DNA of 64,000 nucleotides. Source: an uncultured Acidimicrobiaceae bacterium (GTDB lineage: Bacteria; Actinomycetota; Acidimicrobiia; Acidimicrobiales; Bog-793). Where the stretch lies: positions 247,454 through 311,453 of the forward strand of contig CAWJBM010000002.1 of the NCBI GenBank assembly GCA_963841155.1. Direction: 5' to 3'. The notes under the pieces were generated by a model, which did not search any database, had not been told where the DNA came from, and was given only the letters and a program-made list of their open reading frames with translations. The translations under genes and the position numbers were made by a program. Below, one piece after another: positions 37,018 through 46,981 of this stretch. Within the stretch, counting starts at the first letter, position 1; each line of letters begins with the position of its first letter.

Positions 37018-37860
37018 ATGGCTATGGACACGACTGCACGGATCATCGAAAAGCAAGATTTGACGGGGATAACCAAGCTGTTCGTCGTGCACGCTCCGCT
37101 CGTAGCGCGAAACGCTGCTCCCGGCCAGTTCATTATTCTCCGAGTCACCGAGACTGGTGAACGGATCCCCATCAGTCTCACGGACTTCGACCGGGACACC
37201 GGGACGGTCACGATCGTCGTCCAGCAGGTCGGTCGTACGAGCGCTCTCGTCAACGCTTTGGACCTGGGTGACGATTTCCTGGACTTCGTCGGTCCGCTCG
37301 GTGACCCAGTGCCACTTCCCGAGGACGGTCACGCAGTGCTCATCGGCGGTGGGTTCGGTACGGGCGCGCTGTTCCCGTTGGCGCGCGAGCTGCGCAAGCG
37401 AGGCGTGAGGGTTTCGTCCATCATCGGCGCTCGGACACGCTCCCTGTTGATCCTCACTGAAATGCTGTCAAGGCAGAGCGACGAGTTGCACGTGTGCACC
37501 GACGACGGCTCAGTCGGCTACCACGGCTTCGTTACCGGCCGCTTGGAGGAGCTCATGGACGCCGGAGCGGGATTCACGCACTGTTTCGCTGTCGGCCCGA
37601 TGCCGATGATGCGCGCCGTCGCGACCACTACGCAAGAGCGCGGCCTGCCCGCCATGGTCTCGCTCGATCCGCTCATGGTCGACGGGACGGGCATGTGCGG
37701 CGGTTGTCGCGTGAGTGTTGGCGGCAAGTCGCTCTTTGCCTGCGTGGACGGCCCCTTCTTCGACGCGCACCAAGTCGACTTCGACGTGGCGGACGATCGT
37801 TTGAGGATCTACAGGGAGCAGGAAAAGGTTGCCTGTGAGCTGACAGGACTGGAGAGGTAG
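37018..37860 (+). CDS. nfnA: PyrK-like FAD/NAD(P)-binding [2Fe-2S] protein (NfnA-type subunit)
   Basis: 280 aa. ..GQFIILRVTETGERIPISL.., ..LIGGGFGTGALFPLA.., C-terminal GTGMCGGCRV....ACVDGP. Confidence 0.75.
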   Translation: MAMDTTARIIEKQDLTGITKLFVVHAPLVARNAAPGQFIILRVTETGERIPISLTDFDRDTGTVTIVVQQVGRTSALVNALDLGDDFLDFVGPLGDPVPLPEDGHAVLIGGGFGTGALFPLARELRKRGVRVSSIIGARTRSLLILTEMLSRQSDELHVCTDDGSVGYHGFVTGRLEELMDAGAGFTHCFAVGPMPMMRAVATTTQERGLPAMVSLDPLMVDGTGMCGGCRVSVGGKSLFACVDGPFFDAHQVDFDVADDRLRIYREQEKVACELTGLER

Positions 37861-37865
37861 GCGAC

Positions 37866-39608
37866 ATGCCCATCGTGTATCCACACAAGACGGAGATGCC
37901 CGTCCGAGACCCTCAAGCGCGGCGACGGAGTTGGGACGAGGTCGCCGAGGGCTACACGGTGGAGCGCGCGATCGCCGAGGCCCGTCGCTGTCTCAACTGC
38001 CAGGACCCCGTCTGCGAGCTTGGGTGCCCTGTCAACGTGCCGATACGGGAATTCGTACGCTGCGTCGCCATAGGGGACTTTGACGGAGCCGCCAGCGCGA
38101 TCCGCCGGCGCAACCTGCTACCGGCGATCTGCGGACGCGTGTGTCCGGTCGAGCATCAGTGCGAGGCCCGCTGCGTCCTGTTTCCCCACCAGGATCCTGT
38201 GGGAATTGGCCGGTTGGAGCGGTTTGCTGCCGACTGGGTCCGTGAGCACGGCAACGGTGGCGAGAGCGCTGCACAGCGGGTGTGGCGGGAACAGAAGGTT
38301 GCGATCGTCGGATCCGGTCCGGCTGGACTCACAGTAGCCAGCGACCTCGCTCAGCTCGGCTACCCGGTCTCGATCTTCGAGGCTCTGCACGCCTTCGGCG
38401 GCGTGCTCCGTTACGGGATTCCTCAGTATCGTCTGCCGAAGGAGATCGTCGACGAAGACGTCGAGCACCTCAAGGCGCTCGGCGTGGAGTTCGTGCGCGA
38501 CGTGATCATCGGCAAAACCGTCACCATCGACCAGCTCTTCGACGAGCTCGGTTACTCGGCCATATTCGTAGGTACAGGTGCTGGTTCGCCCATTTTCATG
38601 AACATTCCCGGGGAGAACCTGAAGGGCATCTACTCGGCCAACGAGTTTCTGACGCGTGTCAACCTGATGAAGGCGTACGCGTTCCCCGAGTACGACACGC
38701 CCGTCTACAGGCCGAGGCGAGCCGCAGTGATCGGTGCCGGCGACACCGCGATGGATGCAGTGCGGTGCTCGATCCGCCTCGGCGCAGAAGAGGGCCACAT
38801 CGTATACCGCCGTTCGGAGAACGAGAAAGGTGCACGAGCAGAGGATTTCGAGCGGGCGCGCGATGAGGGCGTGATCTTCGACTGGCTCACGCTTCCCCAG
38901 CGTTACCTTGGTGACGAGAACAACTGGGTACGGGGCCTCGAGTGCATTCGCACCGAGCTCGGTGAACCCGATGAATCGGGTCGCCGCCGCCCGGTTCCCG
39001 TGCCGGGTTCAGAGTTCGTTATAGAGGCCGACCTCGTCGTCATAGCCCTCGGCACGAACCCGAACCCACTCGTGCCGCATTCGACCCACGGTCTCGATGT
39101 CGACTCTCACGGATGCATCATCGCCGACCCGGAAACGGGTGCCACGAGCCGCGAGGGCCTGTTCGCCGGTGGCGACATCGTGACCGGCGCCGCCACCGTG
39201 ATCCTGGCAATGGGGGCAGGCCGCAAGGCCGCGACCGCCATCCATGAATACCTGCAAGAACAACACACAGAGAAAGTAGCGGCGCGAGGCGAAGCTGCCC
39301 AGGCTCAGGTCCAGACAAGCGACGATGCCGTGGCTTCTCGACTGGATGTCTCATTCGCCGAACATGAGGTCGAGGAACGCCACCGAGGCTACGGGGACGG
39401 GACCGTATGGGCACGCGACTACGCAACCGCCAATGAGCTGCGCGGCTTCGTGGAGAGCTTCCGACGCCGAACCGATAGCGCCTCGGAGATAGTCAAGAAC
39501 GGGCTAGAGCACATGAGCGTTGAAGGCTCCTCCGACTTCGAAGGTCCGTACTGGGAAGGATTCCTCGAAGGAGCCGAAGAGGTGTTCATAGAGGGGACCG
39601 GCAGTTGA
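37866..39608 (+). CDS. nfnB: GltD/NfnB-type NADPH-dependent oxidoreductase with an unassigned ~115-aa C-terminal extension
   Basis: CLNCQDPVCELGCPV...CGRVCPVEHQCE (two Fe-S motifs), VAIVGSGPAGL, GGVLRYGIPQYRLPK, VIGAGDTAMD, GGDIVTGAATV. The usual family end (..AIHEYL) is followed by about 115 acidic residues. Confidence 0.8.
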   Translation: MPIVYPHKTEMPVRDPQARRRSWDEVAEGYTVERAIAEARRCLNCQDPVCELGCPVNVPIREFVRCVAIGDFDGAASAIRRRNLLPAICGRVCPVEHQCEARCVLFPHQDPVGIGRLERFAADWVREHGNGGESAAQRVWREQKVAIVGSGPAGLTVASDLAQLGYPVSIFEALHAFGGVLRYGIPQYRLPKEIVDEDVEHLKALGVEFVRDVIIGKTVTIDQLFDELGYSAIFVGTGAGSPIFMNIPGENLKGIYSANEFLTRVNLMKAYAFPEYDTPVYRPRRAAVIGAGDTAMDAVRCSIRLGAEEGHIVYRRSENEKGARAEDFERARDEGVIFDWLTLPQRYLGDENNWVRGLECIRTELGEPDESGRRRPVPVPGSEFVIEADLVVIALGTNPNPLVPHSTHGLDVDSHGCIIADPETGATSREGLFAGGDIVTGAATVILAMGAGRKAATAIHEYLQEQHTEKVAARGEAAQAQVQTSDDAVASRLDVSFAEHEVEERHRGYGDGTVWARDYATANELRGFVESFRRRTDSASEIVKNGLEHMSVEGSSDFEGPYWEGFLEGAEEVFIEGTGS

Positions 39609-39972
39609 ACACCTGAAGCTCCCTGTTTGTCAGCCTTCTACTCCATACCACGAACCTTCCTTCCGGTAGGGTGGCGATGGCCCTGCGCACCGAGTTCGCC
39701 TCGGCGGGTCCGGCCGTTGCGACAGGCTCAGAGAAACCAAAGGGTCACCGGGTTCGGCCCACATACCGGCGATGCTGTCATGATTCCTCCATGTCAATAG
39801 AGTTCGGGCGCACTGCGGAGGACTATGCACGCCACCGGGCAGGCCTTCCGCCGTCGCTGTTCGAGCGACTCAGCACCTTTGGCGTCGGACTCCGCAGCCA
39901 AGATCTTGGACGCGTCCACAACGGGTCGTCCTGCTGCCTCCAGAGACGCTCAGCCCGCTCCCCGGACACGGA

Positions 39973-40767
39973 CTACGCTCCGTCGGTCTTGCGGTACACC
40001 GAGACGTGTCGCGCGCTTGCCGAGTCGAAGCTCCGCCGGTCGTAGTCGCCGAACCTTTCAGTCAGCTGCAGCCCTGCCACGAGCGCCATCGCATCGAGCT
40101 CTGCGGGCCAGGCGTAGCGGAGGACGACTGGATACAACCGGACTCCGCCCTCCCACAACACGACGTGGCTGGCGGTTATGGTCTGCGAGACGGGATCGTG
40201 TCGCGATACGTCGAGCATCACCGAGTCGGTGTCGACTTTCATGACGCTCGTCGCCTGATTGTTCCGAAACCGCCCGAGGTCCGGGACGAACGCCTCCATG
40301 ACGAACACCCCGTGATCCTCAAGGTGGTTTGAGACGTTCCCCAGGCAGCGGATCTGCTCGGCTTGGCTCGGCAGTGCGAAGAAGGTCGTGAACGGGACGT
40401 AGATCAGCGCGAACTTGCCCTCCACGTCGACATCGGCGAAGTCGCCCATCGTGACCGGGATCCCGTCACCGCCTGGCTTGGTTCGGAGCTTGCCCACCAT
40501 CTCCTCGGACACGTCGATTCCCGAGACGTCGACACCCCTCGCAGCGAGCGGGAGCGCTACTCGTCCGGTGCCGATTCCGAGCTCAAGAGCGCGCCCACCG
40601 TTGGCGAGCTGAGCGAGCAGCTCGACAGCGGCGGACGGGTCCATCTGGTTGAGGTACAAGTCGTCATAGACATCTGCGATGCGGTCGCCGTAGGTCGAGG
40701 GTCGATAGCTCACCCCGCAAGTGAACCACGAGCTCTGCCCCAGCACCAGGACCTGGCCGATCTGCAC
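39973..40767 (-). CDS. Class I SAM-dependent methyltransferase
   Basis: ..YGDRIADVYDDLY...RALELGIGTGRVALPLAARGVDVSGIDVSEEMV... is motif I. The start is uncertain (GTG 40767 chosen; the listed ORF is open to 41049). Confidence 0.75.
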   Translation of the reverse strand: MQIGQVLVLGQSSWFTCGVSYRPSTYGDRIADVYDDLYLNQMDPSAAVELLAQLANGGRALELGIGTGRVALPLAARGVDVSGIDVSEEMVGKLRTKPGGDGIPVTMGDFADVDVEGKFALIYVPFTTFFALPSQAEQIRCLGNVSNHLEDHGVFVMEAFVPDLGRFRNNQATSVMKVDTDSVMLDVSRHDPVSQTITASHVVLWEGGVRLYPVVLRYAWPAELDAMALVAGLQLTERFGDYDRRSFDSASARHVSVYRKTDGA

Positions 40768-41378
40768 GTCGTCGCGTCCATGGCCGCGCCTGACCCCGCC
40801 GCCCTCCTCAGGCTCGGCAGAGCGGACCCGTAGTCGTCGATACGCTCTTCGATTCGGGGTCGTTCCGGCGCCGTATCCGCACAGACGGACCGAGATCTCA
40901 CGGCCCGCCGTGAGTGGCAAGAGGCCGCTCGCGGTCGCCGGAGCGAGGTGGGGCTCGCGTCGGAGGACCGACGGCGAGAATCTCCGACTTGTAGCAGGAC
41001 GTCCGCGGTGGGTGAATACCCACGTTGGGAGAACGGGATACGGACTCAATCCGCAGGAAGGTCGCTAAGACGAAGGGAGGCAATGTGCAGGAAGCAGAGT
41101 TCACGCTCCATCTTCGTGATCAGTGTCACACCAACGAAGATCCAGGTCGATGGGTTCGGGTGACGTTCTCGGCGAGTACAGGTGGGTTGCCCCAACGGCG
41201 CCTCGTCCCTCTCCCCTGACCTCGCGCCCTGGACCTCCACCCCGGTCTGTCTTCCTCCCTCTGTGCCCGTCGGTCGCCGGTCGACCAGGCGAATACCGTC
41301 GAGCTTCCGGCCGCAGATCCTATGAGGAAGTTAAGTCTAAGTGGGTTCGTGATCCCTCTTGGGAGACCACTTGGGTGA

Positions 41379-42869
41379 CTACTTCGTTAGCTTCTCGAGG
41401 GTCGCGCAGCTGCCTGCAACCACATCGCGCACAGCTACGCCGTTCAGTAGCTCACGGTACGGCCGGAGGAACTGCGGATCCGACCAGTCCCACACCCGCG
41501 ACGGCCTGCTATCGACCGGCACCGGGTTGGCGCTCCAGCAGAACCCGCCACGGAGCACCCCTCCGGTGGCATTGACGAACCCGCCCCAGCAGAGGAGGGC
41601 GAGCATCATCGCTGCCACGGCAACACGGGCGACCCCGGAAACGGCACGAGTCGCTGCACTGCTCTGCTTCAACAAGAAGGACAAGGCTGGAGCGGAGAGT
41701 ACCGTCAGGAAGGGCAGCGTGTCGATCATGAGACGGGGTCCATACGTGGCACCGCCAGTCGACTCGTAGGCCGAGATCGTCAACCAGTGACCGACGACTG
41801 CGACGCACATGAGCACGTCAATGTCTGTCAACCGCCGGGCTCGGATGCGAGCTGCGACGCCAAAGCCGGCGAGAAACACGATCGGGTCGTATATGAGCAG
41901 TCCCCGCGACGGCGAGATCAAGTTCATGAACAACGAGTTCCAGAATGTGAACGGGCCCAGTTGTTCCAAACGGCTCGGAACGTAGTACGGCGGAAGCGCC
42001 TGCCCGTACTGGTTGAGCGACACGGCTACGAAGGGAACCGCACACACGGCAATACCCACGAGCACGAAGGGAAGAGCCGTCCGCTTTCGCCACACCAGCC
42101 AGCCAACGACCAGCACGACAATGATCGCGTTCGTCGGCCTTGTGAGAAAGGCCATAGCGAGAAAGACGCCGAGCAGGAAGGGCCACACGCGGCTCTTGTC
42201 GATCCTTTGAATCGCGAGCAACACCGCCGCGAGGAAGAGCATCGAAGTCGTCTGTTGCCAGAGAGCTCGCGATCCCACCGACCAGGCGCTCGTGCAGAAG
42301 GCGAAGACCAAAGCAGCGAGCACGGCGACCGACGGGCGACTCCACGGAGAATCCAGCGCGCTCACAATCCGCCTGATCATGACAGCTGTGATCGCGACGA
42401 GGAGACTTGCAGTCGCGACCTCCAGTGGCCAGGTCCGGTTCGGGCTGCTGATTGAAAGCAGGGCTGGGTTGTGCCCGGTAAGAGAGTAGAGAACATCGGC
42501 CGGGATCGCGAACAGCATCGTGGGCCAGGGGAAGAAAGGCAGAATGTGGCCGGCGTGCTTGACCATGTCGTAGTGGTTTGTGAGCTCGGTCACCCGCGGG
42601 TACTGCTCGAGATGAAGGTTCAAGTGGTGGAGGAACTGCCAAGCGGTGACGACCGAGAGCCGTGAGTCGCCTGTCTGGGGTGTGGGGCTGAGTGACTGCA
42701 CGACAAACACAACCGCCGCGATCATCAGGTCCCAGCGCCAGAGCCCGTGCTGTCGTGGGGATGGCCTTTGGTGGCGGCGGCGACCGCGCGATTCGTCCAC
42801 CTGCGCCGCGTCGATTACATCACCAGACTTGGCCGCCTCGACATGGGTGTCGATCTCGGACTGCTCCAT
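41379..42869 (-). CDS. Polytopic membrane protein, GT-C (ArnT/PMT-like) glycosyltransferase candidate
   Basis: 496 aa with about 10 or more hydrophobic segments and large loops. The assignment rests on architecture only. Confidence 0.45.
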   Translation of the reverse strand: MEQSEIDTHVEAAKSGDVIDAAQVDESRGRRRHQRPSPRQHGLWRWDLMIAAVVFVVQSLSPTPQTGDSRLSVVTAWQFLHHLNLHLEQYPRVTELTNHYDMVKHAGHILPFFPWPTMLFAIPADVLYSLTGHNPALLSISSPNRTWPLEVATASLLVAITAVMIRRIVSALDSPWSRPSVAVLAALVFAFCTSAWSVGSRALWQQTTSMLFLAAVLLAIQRIDKSRVWPFLLGVFLAMAFLTRPTNAIIVVLVVGWLVWRKRTALPFVLVGIAVCAVPFVAVSLNQYGQALPPYYVPSRLEQLGPFTFWNSLFMNLISPSRGLLIYDPIVFLAGFGVAARIRARRLTDIDVLMCVAVVGHWLTISAYESTGGATYGPRLMIDTLPFLTVLSAPALSFLLKQSSAATRAVSGVARVAVAAMMLALLCWGGFVNATGGVLRGGFCWSANPVPVDSRPSRVWDWSDPQFLRPYRELLNGVAVRDVVAGSCATLEKLTK

Positions 42870-43583
42870 GCTGGCATCAACCTAGCAGTTGATCTCGATG
42901 TGGCCACGTCCGACAGTTCCCGCACGATTGCAAGGGAAAGCCGGGTGGCCGCTGGCAGGCTTGCCGTCCCCGACAACCGGCCGGCGTCCTCAGCCGGCCG
43001 TCGACGGCGTAGGTGTCAGCCCGGCCGGCCACAGCCCCCTGCCCCTGGCCTTCACCACGGTGCGGCGTTCGGTGAAGAACCGCGTCAGCTCCCGCAGCCG
43101 GGTACCTGCCCTGAGTCGCGCCGTTCGTGGTCGGCCTTGACCGCCGCACAGGCTGCCTCATGACCGTCAGGCTGGTTCGAGCGCGCCCGCTGCCGTGGCT
43201 TGGACCTCAACCAAGCCTGCCGTGCTCAGAGCGCCCAGCCACCTCGCCCGGACGACGGAAGCTGAGAACAGGCCTTGACGAGTGCGTCTGTTCTTGGAGG
43301 ATCCTCGCGATCGCTACGAATGCTGGCACGGTGGCCCCAATCACCCATTGGCAAAGGGAATGGAGTCACGGCGTTGTGGACAGATCGTCAGACAGGAAAT
43401 CGACTGGTACCGTGCCACGGGAGGCGATACCGCTGTCAAGGTCCATCGAGTGGTACCGGCCATGTCGTCGACTCAGCAACTGAACCCGTCTGCGTCGGTG
43501 CCGAGCATCTGGCGAAATGTGCGCCGCCCGCGAACGAACCGCTGTCTGCCCCGGTGCACCGCCGGTAGAACGCGGCCGTCGCT

Positions 43584-45278
43584 ATGATCATCGCTGTGCA
43601 CGCCCGACGATTGTCCTTCCTCGTCGGCGCTGTCGCCCTCGTGGTCGTGCTCGTTGTGACCCTCGTGTCCCTGGGTGTCGGCACCAACAACTCGACGACG
43701 CGGAGCGGCAAGTCGACCAGCACCACTACGTCCGGCTCGACCAAGACGAAGCCCGCAGGGGCCCAGCCCAACCCGGCGCACAGCCACACGTTTCTCGGCC
43801 CCTACGGGGTCGAGGCGTCGTGGGTGATCGCCGAGAACAAGCTGCCGGGCACGACGGACTGGCAGATCCGGGACGAGCCGAGTAGGGGCTCGATCGCGGG
43901 TTTCTCGAACAAAACGTATGCCGCGGCAGGCAACCACGTGACCCTGTATGTGAGCAGCACGGCTCCGCGCTTTCACGTAGAGGCCTACCGGATGGGCTAC
44001 TACGGGGGAAAGGGAGGCCGCCTCGTCTGGAGATCGGCTGAGGTGACAGGGCGCGACCAGCCGAACTGCCCGCTGACGCAGGGGGTCAACATGGTGGCAT
44101 GCGACAACTGGAAGCCATCGCTCAGGTTTCGGGTTACCTCGGCCTTCCTCCCCGGCGAGTACCTCTTGAAGCTCGTCGGCAGCGACAGCGCCCAAAGCTA
44201 CGTCCTGTTGACGGTGTGGGACCCCTCGAGCCACGCGGCCTACCTGTTCAAGGGGGACGTGTACACCGAGGAGGCCTGGAACACCTACGGCGGCTACGAC
44301 TTCTACCAGGGGCTCGGGAACTGCGCGCCCACATACCCCGTGTGCAACCGGGCGCGAGTCGTCTCGTTCGACCGGCCCATAGCCACCGGAGACGGTGCCT
44401 CCGACTTCCTCGGCAATGAGTACCCGCTGTTGAGCCTCATGGAAGCACATGGCCTCGACGTCACTTACGCCGACGACATCACCGTGGAGCAGCACCCCTC
44501 TATTCTCCTCCAGCATCGGGCGCTGCTTTCGCTCGGCCACGACGAGTGCTGGTCCCTCGCCGAGCGCCTCGCCGCCGACCGGGCGCAGGACCACGGCGTG
44601 AACATGATCTTCTTCGGGGCGAGCGCCGTGCTTCGCCACGTGCGCCTACAGGCGTCGCCGTTCGGGCCCGACCGCGAGCTGGTCGACTACCGCGACTCCA
44701 GCGAGGACCCGCTCAACGGCAAGGGGAACCCACTCGAGGTCACCGGCAACACCTGGTTCAACCCGCCGACGGACTGGCCAGAGAGCGGCTTCACCGGCGA
44801 GATGTACGCCGGCTTCCTCGAACCCGACTCTCCAAGCGCGCCGTTCGTCGTCGAGGATGCGAACGCCTGGATCTTCAAGGGAACAGGGCTGCACGACGGC
44901 TCCGCGGTTCCGGGTGTCATCAATACCGACTTCGACCATGTGGCCCCGTCATGGCCCATGCCATCTGATCTTCAGGTGCTCGGTCACTCGCCGATCCCGT
45001 TGTCCGAGGTGCAGACGGACCTTGGGCAGTGGGGGACGTACACGTACTCGGACGCGACGTACTACACGACTGCTTCCAGCAAGGCCGGGGTCTTCGATAG
45101 CGGCAACAACAACTGGATCTTCTCCCTGCGCCCTTGTCCGGCGAGCGCGGTCATGTGCTCGGCAGGGGTCATGCAGAAGATCACGGGCAACCTACTCTGG
45201 CTTTTCGGCCAGGGCCCGGCCGGCCGCCTCGTTCCGTCGGTGACAAACTGGCGCCAGGTGGTCCCCGCCGGCTCGTGA
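43584..45278 (+). CDS. N,N-dimethylformamidase beta-subunit-like family protein, membrane-anchored
   Basis: TM anchor, then ENKLPGTTDWQI..FHVEAYRMGYYGGKGGRLVW...VVSFDRP...LSLGHDECWS...GVNMIFFGASA... The order and motifs are typical of this family. Confidence 0.65.
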   Translation: MIIAVHARRLSFLVGAVALVVVLVVTLVSLGVGTNNSTTRSGKSTSTTTSGSTKTKPAGAQPNPAHSHTFLGPYGVEASWVIAENKLPGTTDWQIRDEPSRGSIAGFSNKTYAAAGNHVTLYVSSTAPRFHVEAYRMGYYGGKGGRLVWRSAEVTGRDQPNCPLTQGVNMVACDNWKPSLRFRVTSAFLPGEYLLKLVGSDSAQSYVLLTVWDPSSHAAYLFKGDVYTEEAWNTYGGYDFYQGLGNCAPTYPVCNRARVVSFDRPIATGDGASDFLGNEYPLLSLMEAHGLDVTYADDITVEQHPSILLQHRALLSLGHDECWSLAERLAADRAQDHGVNMIFFGASAVLRHVRLQASPFGPDRELVDYRDSSEDPLNGKGNPLEVTGNTWFNPPTDWPESGFTGEMYAGFLEPDSPSAPFVVEDANAWIFKGTGLHDGSAVPGVINTDFDHVAPSWPMPSDLQVLGHSPIPLSEVQTDLGQWGTYTYSDATYYTTASSKAGVFDSGNNNWIFSLRPCPASAVMCSAGVMQKITGNLLWLFGQGPAGRLVPSVTNWRQVVPAGS

Positions 45279-45532
45279 ATTAGGCCGGGGTTACTTGCCG
45301 GGTCTCGTCAGCAAACACCGCCATACAGTGCGTGATGTGATGGCTCGGCAAAGAGCGCTGTCACCGGGTGACTTCGTTGCAACATCGACGCAGCGATCGC
45401 TGCCGCACCATAGGCCCGGTTCCAAGGCGACGGTCCGGGAGCACCGAGCCAGACGCCTGTCCATGCAGGTCCTAGCGGCGGGATCGAGCTTCTGGAGTCC
45501 GACTGAGCTCAGAGCGGTTCAGGTCTGCGAGC

Positions 45533-46306
45533 TCAGTCGGTCGCAGCGCCGGTAGCGCCATCGTCGTGGTGTCTGGCCGGAACGGGGAGGGCTGCGCCGT
45601 CGGCACTTCGCTCTGTCGCCTCCTCCAGGATGGCAGTTGTCGCGGTGGCGCCGAATCTCGTGACTCCGATGGCGACGAACTCGAGCAGCCGGTCCAGCGT
45701 GCGAACTCCGCCTGCGGCTTTGATCTGTACTTTCGGAGACGTGGCCTCGACCATGAGCAGCAGATCGTGCGCCGTCGCACCTCCGGGAGCAAAGCCGGTC
45801 GAGGTCTTGATGAACTCGGCGCCGGCACGTTCGCTGAGCCGGCTGCCCTCGACGATCTGCTCGTCGCTTAGATAGGCGTTCTCGAGGATCACCTTGGCCA
45901 GGCCGTGCGCTGAGTGGGTGGCCTGGACGATCTGGGCGATCTCATCCTCAACATAGTCGTGCTTCCCGCCGCGCAGTGCCCCGATGTTGATGACCATGTC
46001 GATTTCGCGTGCGCCGTCATAGAGCGCTTGGCAGGTCTCGAAGAGCTTGCTCTCCGTCGTAGAGTGCCCGTGCGGGAAGCCCACGACCGTCCCGACGGCC
46101 ACACTCGTGCCCGCGAGCAGGCGGGCGGCAAATGCAACGTCGGCCGGTCTCACGCACACCGACCACGTGCCGTGTTGGGCGGCGAGCGCGCAACCGCGGC
46201 GAACATCGTCATCGGTGAGCTCGGGGCGCAGAAGCGAGTGATCGATGAGCGCTGCAATTTCGCGCACCGTTAACTGGGTCGGGATGACCCTGGTAGAGGT
46301 GCTCAT
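45533..46306 (-). CDS. deoC: Deoxyribose-phosphate aldolase
   Basis: ..IDHSLLRPE...VCV.P..V.....VGTVVGFPHG....EIDMVINIG....KVILE...FIKTSTGF (Schiff-base Lys)...IKAAGGVR. Confidence 0.9.
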   Translation of the reverse strand: MSTSTRVIPTQLTVREIAALIDHSLLRPELTDDDVRRGCALAAQHGTWSVCVRPADVAFAARLLAGTSVAVGTVVGFPHGHSTTESKLFETCQALYDGAREIDMVINIGALRGGKHDYVEDEIAQIVQATHSAHGLAKVILENAYLSDEQIVEGSRLSERAGAEFIKTSTGFAPGGATAHDLLLMVEATSPKVQIKAAGGVRTLDRLLEFVAIGVTRFGATATTAILEEATERSADGAALPVPARHHDDGATGAATD

Positions 46307-46597
46307 TGGAGCGGGCCCTTTCACGTGAAGTAACTCACACACCTCAGCTCAGAAGAACTGCGACTCGGTCATATACAGTAGCCGGGCCGCCGCATGATTG
46401 TTCAACATCGGTCATTGACGCGACCGCGTGTGTCGGGGGGTCGAAAGACGCGAAAACGGGCTCTTCGCGTCGGAGCAGGGAGATTCAGTCGAGACCGGTC
46501 GCAGCCGGGTCCGCCTCACGCCCCTCGCAGACGGAGGGCGGATTCCGAGTCTTCGGTGCACACGGCATCGACGCCTCTGGCGCAAGCGTCGGTCAGC

Positions 46598-46879
46598 TCA
46601 CCGTCTGTCTTCGCGTCTCCCGAGCAATCCCCGGTCGTGGAGTCGTCCGATATCGATTTTCGAAAGCAGGACGCTTTGGATGTGCACGGCGTCGAACCGG
46701 CCCCCGATCGCTGTCTCGGTGACGATCTGCTCGTACAGATGATCGTTCATCCACGGGCAGTGCTCCGGTGAAAAGAGTCCGAAGCGAGCTGTGGCCAGTT
46801 CCAAGCGGAGCCGCGCGAGGACGACGAGATGGGAGCCGGTGAACTCCACCCGCTCGACGACGTTGTTGACTACCGTCAC
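46598..46879 (-). CDS. Hypothetical protein; coding signal extends upstream to the TAG of the preceding gene
   Basis: The listed GTG start is at 46879. The same frame is open and GC3-rich for 34 more codons, up to the TAG at 46982-46984, with no canonical start in between. Confidence 0.35.
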   Translation of the reverse strand: MTVVNNVVERVEFTGSHLVVLARLRLELATARFGLFSPEHCPWMNDHLYEQIVTETAIGGRFDAVHIQSVLLSKIDIGRLHDRGLLGRREDRR

Positions 46880-46981
46880 CGAACCCCAGAGATAGGTGTA
46901 GGCGGCCCTGGCGTTGATGGTGCCGTTGTTGACGATCGTGGCACCGTTCGAAACTACTTGTCGATCACGCTGCGCAAGCCA

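Noticed and set aside
39791-39972. Plus-strand start MSIEFGRTAEDYARHRAGLPPSLFERLSTFGVGL.., resembling the N-terminus of a SAM methyltransferase.
   Set aside because: The motif I region is not readable in any single frame, and the ORF runs into the convergent intact methyltransferase gene. At best it is a short remnant, too weak to call as a feature.
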